A stretch of 63,997 nt of DNA, counting the filler, from Sphacelaria rigidula (Eukaryota): assembly GCA_964200075.2 (NCBI GenBank). It is 3 parts of 3 records of this genome, joined end to end, with 100 filler letters (N's around TTAATTAATTAA, not from the genome) between each part and the next. Parts side by side here need not be neighbours in the genome. Positions count along the whole stretch, not along the records: positions 21,814 to 43,526 come from CAXNAA020000392.1; positions 43,627 to 63,997 come from CAXNAA020000537.1; 1 more part is not named here. One strand, given 5' to 3'. Both the position numbers and the translations under genes were made by a program. This document shows, in pieces, positions 38,528 through 52,700 of this stretch (position 1 is the stretch's first letter; the number at the start of each line of letters is the position of its first letter). The notes beneath the pieces are model-generated. The model saw nothing but the letters and a program-made list of their open reading frames with translations, was not told where the DNA came from and did not search any database.

Positions 38528-41500
38528 GGACGAGCTTCTATAGCTCCCAAGACAACATTGAACATCCGCGAGACAGTCATTTTCGGAGCAGTTTCCCGAA
38601 AACGTTAGAACATGACAAATGTGCAGCTGATATCATATCAAATATGACTATAGAATGTAAACAACCAGGTAAATGATGGCTCGATGTAAGCTTCATGACA
38701 TCCCACAAGGAAGAGTGCTACGCAGGACAGATTGCCTGCCCAGACACAGCAAGCTAGAGTTCGGCTTACACACTATCTTATGCCGAAATTGAAAGAGTAT
38801 GGTATTTGACATAGCAAGGTGATGCATCGCCGAAGTTTGGGTGTTCTCCAGTTTCCATCGTCTATGTTTGCGACGTGTTATACACCCCATCCTACTTTCG
38901 CCGCAACCGAACGCCCCATTTTCGTCGTGGCACAACAGTTGTACAACAGGGCAACTATACTGACCGTGCGGTAGCTCATGGAGTGGAACTATGCTGCAAA
39001 TGTGAGTACGATCTCTGTGCCTGGCATAAAAATTCAGAAAACAGCGTAGATGCGACCGCGGTCAGTGCTTCTAGTCGGGTTACGCCGTCAATCTGTTGTT
39101 GATACAACGCGTGGAGAGAGAGTGCCCTGCTGTGGCTCCCGTATCTTGACTATTCATGACGTGGGAACATGCGCCCAGATCAAGCAGCGTTATTCCTTTT
39201 CAATAATATCGAGGCGGTGTTTTTGGAGAATTGGCGCCCCAACACAGCACACCTGGCGTCTGATGAAGCTGAAAGTTGATGTGTGTGTGTGGATTGAGGC
39301 CAAAACTCTGTGTCGGCGCGGCAGTTGCGGCGACCCAATGCGTTTGAAGCGCAGCGTGACCTGAAACAAAGATTTTGCACGATGCTGAATCTGTTCCGAA
39401 AGGTAGAACACTTTCTCATGACAGTTCTAGAGGGCAATGATATCAAACCCGTGCGGAGCGAGGGGCATATCTTCCCAGCCTTGTTGTTTACATCGGCCCC
39501 CTGTCGGTCGATGCTGGCACCAACACGAGAAATGCTCATCAGTGAAGGTTCTCTATATGTTGGAGGTTGATGCCGTTGGGGTTTAGGCGCCGTGTCGAGT
39601 AAGACGGGGCCGCGCAGAGTAGCGAAAGAGGCGAGTGTGTTCAGCCGAGGAGCACTGCGAACCTGCGCCGGCAGCGGGCAACGTCTCTTATCCTACAGTG
39701 CCAGGCTTACCTGTGTCATCATTACGGCGGCGCGAGAATGATACGGGAGGTAGTTATAGTTTTCTTCTACCATAATCAACCGGATCCTCTGCCACATCAT
39801 GGTTCCACGTGAAGATATGACCTTTCCCTGACAGGCACGCCATCAGCGTTTTGCAGACTTCACGCCATTTTCATCTGCTTTTAATATGCAATTTCCGCCA
39901 GTTAGACAACAACCTGTCGCGACAGGTGTACTGCATACAGTATCGCACACCGTTTGTATCACGACCACATTTTCCATTCTGTATGCAGTACACCTGTTCC
40001 GAGCAAATGCCAGGGGGGGCACACTGCGGAATGCCGCGGGGATAAACAGGAAGCGTGGGCAGTGAGAAATTATCTGGCGGCAGTAATGCCCACCCGTACT
40101 GCTGGTGCAATCCCTGCAGCACCCTGGAGCGTGTCTTCCGCGATTAAGGTGGTTGTGACCGACATCTATCGCATTGACGTTGCGTCAGATGTTGAAGCCC
40201 GTGGCGGCATCATGTACGGTGACAGTACTGTGCAGTGTAATAGACTGTTACAGGAAATTTTAAGCAAAGACGGCGCACGAGTCTTTTCGCCGTTCATTCC
40301 GGCGGCGGGGGGCTACGGGGAACTTTAATACCCTCGGCGCCATGTGATGGGAAAAAGTACAGTCGAGGTACAGGTGGCATTTTCGTGGGGACTTCGGCAA
40401 CGCTTCGCATCGCAGCATAAATACACTACGGTAGGGGTTCACATCTTTTGTTTCTGAGGTTAAAACTGTCAGGACCCCTTTATCTTATCCAAAACACGAC
40501 TAATGAAATATGTGAGATTATGCCAGGATTACTTCCCAATGTGCTAGGAATATCCCGCATGAATTTGCAACCGGGGATGCCCTGACCCATATCCTTCTGC
40601 ATGTACAATCGGTCAAAGCCCCTGAACCAGACAAGATTTTGCGTAACAAGTGCACCCCTACCGTGGCATTGCTCCCGGAGGAAACGTTGGCGTCTCGCAT
40701 TTTCATGACCCCCCAATGGTTGGGACCCAATATTTGTGGCAATCAACATGTTGATGGGTCTTTGTATAGTCGCGGGGATGTGGATTGTTGGTAAAGCGCG
40801 GTCCATGTGCCCAAATTGTTATTGTAGTTGTTGCTTTTGTTGTCTTCACAGTTTAAACCGCACCGACATCAGGAGATTGCTCTGTACCGGACATATCACG
40901 CGGACGCTTCCCGTGGTGAAAGACAAAGAAACCAAACATGGGGGGAAATTGTTTTTAATGAATAATCGTGTAATGAATAAAACAAAGAAAAAATCACAGA
41001 TGCGATACAAAATCAGAAAAAAGAGTGGAATAAAATTGGTAACAATACAACGAGAATAGGAAGGAGGAAAAAAGACAGCGGATTGTCGGTGCGCACGCCA
41101 TCGTTTGGCGGTCGCGAGCCGTGCACGCCGCGTAAGCATACATATCACGGAGCGCAACAGAGGTTTTGCATGCCCCGCCATCCCTCGCGCTCGTCTCCCC
41201 ACCACTGCGTGCCGTGAAACCCTGCAGCCCTAACTCTCAATGCATCGCACCGCTCGATGAGTGATACAACCTGGAATGAGTGTTACCGTACAGCATCGCG
41301 CCAACAATACTGACGACGCCCCTGCACGGCGGCGCCATTACGCTAAATGCAAACCCTCGCCTCTACCCGCCTACGCACCCACACAAATGTCTCTCCTTCA
41401 CCGGCCCCGTCCCTACGGCCGCACTTCCTGCCGTCAACGGTCACGTCCTGCCATCCTGTGGCGCCCTTCGTCCCATGGACAACCAGTAAAGCGTCAGACC

Positions 41501-43526
41501 TGCCCGACGTGAATACCTGCGCCACTCCCAGTAACAAGAGCGCACGACAGTGGTGTGGCATTTTCAATCCGGTGATATTTCAGCATCAAGTTGCTGTATA
41601 TCACTCGCAGTGTTCACTACTGTCGGGAGCGTTTGTAAATACTCTCATCTGCGGCGATTGTCCATGACTTGCGCGCGCGCCTCCTGTCGTCGCCGTGCAG
41701 TTTTCCAAAGTCGTGTTCTGTGGGGTACGATTTTCTGTATACCCGAGACATTTGCCCGGGTATGTACTACCTTTCAGTTTTTTTCTTTTCTGACACTATC
41801 ATTTGTACGTCTTCGTCTATTATATCGCTCTCTTTTAATATCTTGCTGTTTGTAACGGTTTTCAGGGGCAGTGTTGACTTCCGTTGTGTCTTGGACGCGT
41901 CCATCACGCCACCACCGCCGAATCCCTGGGGGGTCAGTTCAAGTGCGTCAATGACCTCAACCAAGCAATCATTTACCGTACCCAACAAATTCGCACTGGT
42001 ACCCGACAGTTCTGAAAATCCTGTACGGTTTCATAGCCTCATCCCACAATTGCAACAGTTCTGTAAGCGTCCCGCACCGTTACGAGGGGATTGGGTACGC
42101 TGTTGATAACATACCCGGCTGCGGGTACGGTCTGCCGTGAGGTCTCCATGTCCGTGGCACCACAAACTCATTCCGCATGGCAGCGGCACCTGTTTCCGCC
42201 TTTTGGGAGTATGCACGTCGGGCTGCACAGCACGCGGTTTTTCTGTAGAGGTAGGTGGCGTCGGCCGTTGCCCCCCCAACAGGGATCCCGAAAGCATATC
42301 CCCGCTACTCCCTCCTCGCGCGGCAGACTGTCGGCGACTGCGTCGGCGGATGCCGCAGGCCAACGACGGTGGGCGCTCGCCGGCGATCGGTGTGCCGTCG
42401 CTGGCGATACCTGGCGATGGTTCATCGCCGGAAGTGGCATCACGATTAGACCGCACCGCGTCCATCCTCTCTTCCGCCGCCATACAGCCGGGTGCACAGG
42501 GAGAGCGTACCGCTCCTGCTACTGGAACTGGCGGCCCCTCTTCGCCGACGCGCACTGTTGCTCCGCTCCAATCCTTCCCACCTGCACTCCATGGTGTACA
42601 CACGGTGGGAGCAGGAGCAGCATAGGTAACACCCGGCGCGGGGGGTGGATCGTGATCGTCGCATCGACGGTATGTCAAACATGCAGGCAGAAGTCGCCCC
42701 CCGTCAACCAACCCTAACAGTCATTTATTATCATGGGTCGCAGCAATAACTGCGGCATATTCGGCACAAGACCGTCCGTACAATAGGCCCTACGAAAGAT
42801 ACCCAGTTGCACTTCTTTCTACTGCAAGGAACTCGTCATGCGTGGTACAGACCGTAGACGGAACCTACCGCACGGGCGACATTTACAGCCGCGCGGGAAA
42901 CTGGTAAGCACATGACTGCCATGTGCTGCATGCTGCACTCATACTATAGTTCAGTAATCTATGGTGGCTTCCTTCGCCTACAGGTAGCTATTGAGAACTA
43001 CCATACGCCACACAATTTCGGGTGGGTACAAGCAACATTTCGGCGCACTGAACGATTTTTTGTTCTCAGATTACGAAGATTCCACCACACCATTATTCCC
43101 TCTCGGATACCCAAGATTCATTGTTTTTTTTCCATAAGACCAAGACATCGGTTATCGGAATCTTATTGTTGGGGCGCATGGTGCTCCGCCATCACAAGCA
43201 GTCGATTGACGAACACAGCATGCTTGCACGAATCGGAGCGGATGCTAACGTTGCATGTTGCCGGATGTCGTGCACAATGCAAACGTCCATCGTGATTCTC
43301 AATGATGGCTTCAATCAAACCCAGGTTCTACTTACACCCAAATTGTTCCCGGCCATCACACCCGTTCACGTAACAACGGTGGAATAAATGAAGGAAGGTG
43401 ACTGGCGGATTTTAGAAAGTATAACCTCCTACAAATTCGACCCGCCTTGTCACAGCGGTTATTATTTATTATTATTATTATTTCCGCACATTAGTCCGAT
43501 CTCGCGAACCCGTGGTCACAGACGTA

Positions 43527-43626
43527 NNNNNNNNNNNNNNNNNNNNNNNNNNNNNNNNNNNNNNNNNNNNTTAATTAATTAANNNNNNNNNNNNNNNNNN
43601 NNNNNNNNNNNNNNNNNNNNNNNNNN
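43527..43626. other. Artificial contig linker
   Basis: Same N/TTAATTAATTAA/N structure. Confidence 0.97.
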
Positions 43627-46600
43627 TGATTTGGTACACTTGAGGAGTTATGGTTGGAGATGCAAATGCGGCACTCTTTGCTGGCCCAGCCTACACGGTC
43701 GACGAGGGAAAGGGGCTGCTGAACCCCCTTGCGATAAAAAATAAAGGCGCACCAGGATACGGCGTCAACACTTCTTATCCGCTTGTCAAACCCCATGCGA
43801 AGCGCAGCTCTGCAAGCACAGACAGTTCAGCAGTACAAGGTCGCACCTGTACAGCCTCCATTTGTCACCGTGGAAGCCGGGATACGTCTCCGCCGCCCGC
43901 GGACGTTGCGACCAGAAGCTCCAGTACGTTCACCGTTTGTCGACAGTCGACACACGGGGAGTAGTTCGAATCAATCAGATCACGTACTTGAACACCCCCT
44001 CCCATCTCAGCCATGGACGGCGTCGGCATGCACAAGCGAAGGCAAAGAAAAAAGCAGCAATGAAGCTGAACCTTCTTGAGGGGTTTTTAAGTGATTCGGA
44101 GAGCTGAATGCTGCGTGTGATGCCTCCAACCTCCAAAAGTGCCTCGTTTGAAGTTGCGACAGTCAAGGCTGAGAAGTTCAATCAAGATCAGCCGTGGTCA
44201 AAACAAGGGGTCGAGTTGGGCTGTTCTTGAGACCGCTCACAGATAGAAGCAAAATACAATGCCATGAGCACCGATGAAGCTGAAACTTGTTGACGGCGTC
44301 TTGATTGATGAAAGAAGAGCGATGGGGTGGTTTTTTCGCTCAGCGCGGCTTCGAATCCATTCGGGGGAAAAAAATGCGTGGTTCTGACCTTCGTTGTGCG
44401 AGCGGACGGGCAGGGACGACACGTTTTGGATTTCGGTCCAGTAGAACCCTTTTTGGCCTAAGGCCTCAAAGGAATAATGCTTGCGCTGCCGTGCAGAAAC
44501 TTCTGGGTTAGGGTTACATGGTCGAAACCGCTTGCGAATCCCGAGCTTTTGGGACGAAACAAATGAAATTTCGATGGTCAGTTGAATCTCAGAAATGAAT
44601 CCAGGCTGTTGACTATGCCTTGAGTACACAAATTCGACTTCACGGTCGACGAGTGAAAGGGACCGCCGTCACCTTCTCGCGATAAAGAGCATGGCAAGCG
44701 CATCGTAAAAGGAGGGTGGGTATTTCACAATAAAAAAACTCTTGCTGTTGTTGAGGGCGATCTTTCTTTTCGACCTCGACCGATGCGCCCACACAACCGA
44801 AATTGAAAGGTGTAGACTAGTGTCTAGAGTAGGTGTAGACTAGTGGGATGGCAATACACACCAAGGAAGTCGTCGCCGTATTCGTACCTTCGTGAGGAAC
44901 CTGCGTTCTCACACAACACCGGATCCGCAAACACTTCTACATTAGAGAGACAAGTTAGATGGTTTTGATTTAAATCTGTGTAAAGAGCGCTTGGCTGTTT
45001 CCGCGCCGTTGTACGTAGTAGTAGCTAAACCATGCGTGAAGAACTCCCCCTCCTCTACTTGCTGTCGCTGTGCAGACTAGGCTTCATGCCTCCGAGGGGT
45101 TCAGCGGTCTCATTCCCTCGTCGATCGTGAAGCCAAATATTGAGCTCTCACGAGGTTACAGTGAGTGGCTTTTCACTGTTGGGATTGACGGTGTGAGAAT
45201 AACACAATGTCGTATGTCTTCACCCAGACTCAAACCCACAACATGTCAAAAGGTATGTACGTCGTTCATCAACTAAGCGGTGGGGCCAACCGGAGTGCGT
45301 TCGAGTCCGTACGTACAAGTATCATTGTAGCCCCCTCTCGTCTGTCTTTGTCAGTTTTTCGCTCCCTCATTCAAAGTTCAAACTTACCCAGACTGGAAGA
45401 GAATGGCGAGGACTCACCACTATCACCAGACGAACTGAACCTATGAACCGAGAACATCAATGACGTTGAACCAAGGGGAGGGTGCCCAGATGCTGCCATC
45501 GCGAATGGAAATCAGCACAACTTTAATATTTTACAATCCAGAACGATCCATGGCGCTGATGTCGGTAATTTTTCATACCACCATTCCGTGGAGCACGGAG
45601 AATCGTCCAGTACGCCAACCTCAACTACGGCGGTCGCTGTTTTGAGATGTATCGTGCACGTGGGATTTACAAGAAACTCAAAACATCACGAGCAGAGGTA
45701 CGAAATGCACTCTAGGTGCGTTTCGCGTTGTCTCAATTCCATGATGTGTTGTTCAGGTGCAGGAAGAACACATTACGGCCTGAGAGTACATGCAATAACG
45801 TCTTCGTGAGATTGAGTGTGGAAACGATTGAGAGTGGAAAGTCGTCTCTCAAACCTTTTGGGGCCGTTGATGGAAAACTGACCATTTATGAACAATACTT
45901 GACGTTTGCTTGGGTAAGATATGGTTTTTCCGCGATTGTTGATGCAACCCACCAATAAGGGTGGGAACATCTTGGACCATGCCGTCAAATAAAGCCAAGC
46001 TAACCAACAGCATGTGGATGTTTCTAATCACTAGGTAGGTTCTCACAGCATGTGTTCGAGGGGTAACGTGCAGCCAACATGTGGATTGAGAGGGGGGAAG
46101 CACAGTGAATCTCAAGTTTTGAAACAAATACTTTGCTGTTGAGAAAGACACTGCAGCGGGTGAATGTGCTGTCCTGTTTACATTACCCAGTACATTAGGG
46201 ACGCTGGATGTGCGACGCGAGAGCTACATCTGCGTAAGCTAACCCATACGAGTGACCACAAGCGGCACCCAACACTCTCATTGCTCAAGCTTTGGCGAAA
46301 CGTGAAGGTTCGGGTTGTATGGCATGAATACGTCAACACACCACGTCCGTTGAACACCCTCCGGAGGAAAGGAAGCCTCCACTAAAACCACACCCTGCTG
46401 CAATGTGCACAGTAAATGAGTGTGATAAAACCGAGACAAGCTCATACCCGTACCAAGTTGGGCACTACCGACGACGCTCTCATGCCATGTCAGGGTGCCA
46501 CAAACACCACCACACCTCACAAACACACACCAAACTACAGAGGGCTGGGGTACTTCAGATAAACCTACGACGGTTACACCACGCTGTCCCACATCTCCTT

Positions 46601-46717
46601 AGTATAGACAGTCATAGGAAGCGCACGTTAGCCTCGACCTCCCTTCTCCGCCCCTTTCCACAAAATCCCCTGGGAGTCTGTCTGCATTTGTACACTGTAC
46701 AAACGTTTACACACAAA

Positions 46718-49700
46718 CTACCGGCGGCCTCTTCCTCGTCCCTTCCCCCTGCCTCCGCCATTTTTACCTCCGAACCCTCTCCCGCTCCTGCCACCGCGCC
46801 CGCCCCTGCCCCCACCATGGGGACCATGTCTATCGCGATCTCTCCCTCGCCCCCCAGATGAAACCCCACCACGACCACGGCCCGGATAGGCTGGGGAAGG
46901 GCCCCTACCTCGGAAGGGAACCGCACCACTGCCCCTTCCACCTCTGACTTTGCCGTTGCCATCCCCTCGTCCTCGACCTGGTCGGCCACCGTTGGGAACA
47001 GTGTCATTTTTTTTCTTCTTCTCCGGTGGTCCTTCGCTGGACACTTCATTTTGGTCTTCCTCCTCACCGTCACTCGTCACTTCTTTCACCTTGTGGCAGA
47101 CAAGCGAATAAGAGCAAGAGAGGCATTAGGCGGAAAGAGTAAAATAATGCGGACAGCTACCACGCGGTGATGCTCGAGCGGTTAAGCGGAATATCTACAC
47201 CATGGCTGAATATCAAAACAGCACGATTCACAACTATGCAAGGGTGCAACCACTCCATTTAGTGAAACAGTCGCGACTTCGGGAGCACTGGTGTTCGGAG
47301 CCTTTGGCTCGACATCACCGCACACGCAGCTGTTGATATGTCGCTGAAACGAAGTCTCACCGTTGCCCCCACCGCTTGACGGGCTTCCGTTCTTTCCTTG
47401 TCGAACTTTCTCGCTTCCCTCTTTGCGCGCTTGCGCTTGGTTTTCGCGTCTTCATCTTCGCTACCACTGCAGGTTGCCGACAAGGGGACAGCGTGAAGGA
47501 AGTTTCGTGTTGAAAAGTAATATACGAGCTGGGCCCACCAACGGTGATTTTTGAATGTCTTGGTTGTCCGGCTGTGGTGAATTCGAGGGCTTGGGCGCTA
47601 AAAATTTCCGTTATCCTCGACATGCATAATATTTCTCAGGTTGCCAAGAAAAAAGTAGGAAAAGAAGGGTGAAGCAATATAATTTTTCGGGAAAAGATGG
47701 ACACGGTGCACACCCAGAAATGATGACACTCATAAAATTGGGCCTAGCCAGGCACTTTTGGTGGGACACCGCAAGACCCCGGTGGTCGAACTGACACAGG
47801 AGCCTTTTTGTACCCAGGTCAAGACTTCGAATCCCGACGCGACCATTTTCCCATGATCTCGCAGATATTTTTCGGAGCATAGTTCGGCATTCTCCCTCTC
47901 TTCGATCACGGTGTCCCTTTCGTAGACTTCATTTTTAATCAAGAACAATATCTTTCTAGGTAAAAATAAATGCTTTTTCGTACGAGTTCCCGTCCGAAAC
48001 ATGTGCGAAACGATCTTTTTACCCTCAGTGTGGCTTTGAATCTTCAGTTGGGAGCAATAATCCTCCCTCTTCTGGTAATATACGACAGTCGACTCGGAGG
48101 TCATCTCCCATGACGAAGCTGTTAACGAGCATGATGCCCTCTTGCAGGACTAACAGTGCGCTTTTGCCTGCACATATCGGGTGCTCGTGTGCCTGTGCGG
48201 CGCAACATTCTATCGCAATTCCACCGGATTTTGAGAAACGAAACGTCTCACGACACGCAGTCACGCAACATAAGAAGTACCCGTTACTCAATGCAGTACA
48301 ATAACGCCATCGTCAAAACTACGCCAACCAAGCAACGACGGAGCCGTGCGTCACCAGGTCTGCAGTTCACAGCGATGTGTTCAAGTTGGGCCGATTTGGA
48401 ACCTGAACAATTTGCAGTGTAACGTGCGTATCTGGGATTCACGGCTGCCCTTGCTCATGTATATATTTATTGGCAAGGAACCAACAGCTGGGCACTTGCA
48501 ATTCCTTCGCCACGTACGGTGCAAACTACCGGGAGTGGTCATACAGGCACTTTGCGGTCGCTGATGACTCGTGTGCACAACACTTGCACCAAATTATCAG
48601 TTTTCATCGCTGGTCGCGGCGCACGTCGCACAGGCAGAACTGTCTTCCAAACTTGTACCTGTCTTCCACATCCATCGCAGAGCTCGCGCCGTCTTCGTTC
48701 GCCTCTGGTGCGCCCTTGTCTGGCACGCCCAGTGTTGTCACCGTTCTCCTCTCTCCAGGAGCAAACTTCTTGAGCTTCGCTACGAAGAAGCCGTCCATAT
48801 TGTGGACATGTGGGTAAAACCTTCGCGTGAGGCTCATGGTAGGATGGAACCTCCTCTCCTGGAAGCGACTGAATCCCGGACGCCCTGTTGGATGCGAGTG
48901 AAGAGCAGAATTCACGTGTAAGAAAAAATCCTAACGGCAACTTACTTACTCGACCTTCCTTGATTCAACATGTGAAACAACCCGTCATCTGAGTGGCCAT
49001 ATTCGCTAACTTTCAAGTACAAAATCCATAGGGTGTCAACTTCGCCAGCAATCCGACATGAAATCAAGTAAGCTTTTCAATCATAGAAAGATTACATCAT
49101 TGTCGTTAGAAATTGAAAAAAATTGTACTGTAGCATAAGAAAGACGAGATATCCTCCCATGTACTTGGAGGATACACCGTCGCTTCTCAGAACGATCACC
49201 CCCAACGAGAAATGTGGAAAGTGGGCGATGTTCACTTTTTTACAAAGTCTCACAGTAAATCATGTCTTGATAATGCTGAAGACTTCAGGTTCGGGTGCTT
49301 TGCTTCGGAGCAATAATGGCTTCACGACTCACCAAAGTCTAGCCCGGTGGGGATGAGCTTGACATAACGCTTGTTGAGGATGTACTCGATCACCTGCAGG
49401 AGACGAGGCGAGAAGCGAGGGGAGCGGTCAGAATAGGCAGAAACAGCATACATCAGCATTTGCAGTGACAGATCTACGAAAACGTTTCACGAAAACAGCA
49501 CATTTGAACGGCGTTTTTGTTGGTCGCTGTTATACTCCCCCTACCTCATAAGCAGGGTGGATAAAAGGCAGCTCCTTCAATGTGGGTTTCAATACTTCGA
49601 GAGCTCATGTTCCAAAAACAATATTCGCTCATGAAAACACACGCAGCAAGAGCAAAAGTTTCCTTGAGAGACCCACCGCCCCGGGTTCGGAACACTAGAC

Positions 49701-52700
49701 TGTTGCTCGAGTCGTTCATAAATGATCGGTCCCACATGATTAATCATTTTGAGAAAAATCAGTTCGACATCAAACCATAAGTCACCCTTTCGGCGTGAGG
49801 CTAGGGTTAGATGGGTCCGCCGACATACAATAAAATATGTCAAGAAAACGCCCATTCCCATTGTAGATCAGCCGCGAATTTACATCCATACGAGGTTAGC
49901 GCCAGAGCCAACGCGGGTGCCCTGCGGAGTTGTTAAGTTGTTTGATAGGTGTGTAGGCGTGGTGGTTTTCGGGAGCGCTTTGGTGCTACGAACCCGTTTG
50001 TTGGGTCAACGACCAGCCCGAGGCGTTCAAGAGAAATTCAGGCTTTTATCGAATGGACGTCTAAATAAAGCATGTTTCCTTGCCACGCAAAAACAAGGCT
50101 TAAAAACATTATCGCGGTGTGCAAACATGCTGACAAACTGTCCCTACAGAATTGTCATAACTCCACTCGTAGCAACGAAAACACGGCAACCACAAAAATA
50201 GCAACGTGTAGTTCATCTTTCAAGGCTGAGCCGCTTCCAAGTCGTTCCAGCAAGATTTTGCTATGGCGGTAATTCCAATTTTGAAGCAATTTCATCACAG
50301 ATTCCGTGTCTGTTCTCACACATAAAGACACATTCCACTTTGATTTTGATACCAACAGGCACAACAGAGGCGCACGTCGAGAACGTCTCATATACCGTTA
50401 GTCGATAACGAGCGACGGCACACCGCCGAGATGGACTTACACGTCTCTGACATACTGCAGGTTTTCAGACGAGCATAAGAAGACGCCAAAGTAACTTGCG
50501 CCAAAGGTTTGTCACGAGGACGTCGACAACAGCGTCCCCGTAAAGCACGAATGAAAAAGGCACCCTGTAGTAGAAACGAAATTGAATCCATCAATGTGGC
50601 ATGCCGAAAGCGGGGAAAAATGGCTTTCCTCTCTTGGCGACAAACTAAAAAACATGAAGATGACGTGGTGCTGGCATGAGACTACCAAGAGTAGACCATT
50701 CATCTCCTCAGGCTTAGCCGCTTCGAAGTCGTGTCAGCAGGGCTTCGACTCAGACGGTAATTCCAGTCTTGAAGCAATTCTTCACGGGAGAGGCCCTACG
50801 TAACACTCGGCACAAACGCTACCTTGATGTGTTGTTCCTCACGCATCAGACGGAGGCCCTCATAAGGAAGTCGACAAGGGGATTGTCAACATGGTTTCAA
50901 CTCAGAAAAACATGTAGATATAACCTGAGTCTAATCACGGGGCACGTTCACACACGGAGCAGTCGTGATACGTAATGATTGCCTCATATTACGCCATCAA
51001 CTTAGCGGGAGATACGTCTCACGTTCATCTCTAGTCATTACCAACAACTAGGGAACAAGTGAGGCTGAACGACACGCGGTCACCGTGGTACCGACAGTCG
51101 TCGTACTACTTAAACCAAAGGGGTTGTTGTGTTCACAAAACCACACGGTATCGCTGCGGTCGAGTAAAAAGCCCTCATAAGGAAGTCGACAAGGGTATTG
51201 TCAGCATGAAGTTGGCTCAGACATAAAAAATGTAGATATAACCTGAGTCTAATCATCGGGCGTTCATCCACTCGAGTGCTATAAAATTGCAATTTCTTCA
51301 AGGACGGGTTACACGAAGGCTCATCAATGCGCATGCCTATGAATACAGCTAGCTCTCCCCTCAGACTTAGCCGCTTCGAGCTTGTTTCAGCAATGTATTA
51401 GCTCAGACGGTAATTCCAGTGTTGAAGCAATTCTTCATTGGAGAGAGGGAGTAGAATTCACCGTGAGAAGCGCTAGGATGTGCTTGCTACGCGAATCAAA
51501 GAGAGCCAATTGACGTACCTATTTTTGAGGTCGAGAGGACAGATGTTCTCCCGTAAAGGAACGTCCACGCGGGGTCGAGAAACGAAACAGTAGAGTCGAG
51601 AAAAAATGTGCATAACGTGACTTGGACGACACGAGAGCAATAACGCTCCGGAGTAGGCCAACCCGGATCATTGTCATTCATGAGTGTCGCGCAGCGAAGA
51701 AATGAAGGCAGTATAATCACCGGATTCCTCGCTGTCAACAAACGAAAGGCATGTCGTACGTCAAAGCTCATCATGCCGCGAGACATCCGTAGGGTTCCAT
51801 GTTGCCGCGTGGCCGTGTAGCGGTGTTTATTGCGAGAATCTCCTCAGACTTAGCCGCTTCAAAGTTGTTTCAGCACGAGTTTGCTCAGACGGTAATTCCA
51901 GTCTTGAAGCAATTCCTCACCGGAGATGTCTCACTACACCCAATTGCATTCAACAAAACGAATGAAGACGGTCAACACACTGCGAATCCACGGCAATTTG
52001 TGGTGGTAACAACTGACACTGGGATGAAGATGGGATCCGATCGCGCTCTGGCCAAGTCGAGACATGTGGTCTCTTCGGGATTGAAGCCAGTCTTGTTCTA
52101 GTAAGACGGGTTTCGGACAGTAAAGGCCGACTAGGAACAGGTAACAAAATTGCCGAGGTCTCCAACAACGCTGCGCCTTATTTGCAGACTAGGGGTGCGA
52201 AAAACGGTGTACCGGTCAAGAACGCCTCCAAAACAAATGTAAAGAAACCCCAGTTTCGAATTGTGAACACGCTTGTGACACAAGATAGAGCCACGGACAA
52301 TTTCCATATAAAAGCTTGGGAAGATATTCTTGTGTCGGTGCGATGCCGGAGTGGTTCCAATAACCACCACCAACACGAGGGGACGACTCGTACTGGAGCC
52401 GTCTGAGAGCACCTTGATTACCCTCCTCTCCCAATAGGGGCCCCACATGGCCGTCCATGGTGCAGGATGTGTGTGTGTGTGTGTTGTCGTCCCATCTCTT
52501 TTGGGCGTCAGTCTACCCTTTCAGGATATGTGGGCGCATCAGCCGGGGTTACACAGGAGGAAGGTCAACACGGGAGCTTTTCTTTTTCAGTTGTTTCTTG
52601 TGCTCCACCGTCCTCCTGCGGTGCTTTCATCGCGAGAGGGGTTCGGCAGGCCCTTCCCCTCGTCGGCCGTTGAGTCGAATTTTGCGTACCCACGGCTCTC

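Noticed and set aside
42031-42717. Overlapping 160-226 aa ORFs on both strands
   Set aside because: GC-rich, low-complexity sequence open in several frames, with no recognisable domain or splice structure.
49700-49790. Possible extra C/D snoRNA (CTGA, ATGATTA, ATGA on minus strand)
   Set aside because: Box C is poor, there is no terminal stem and no recognisable target.
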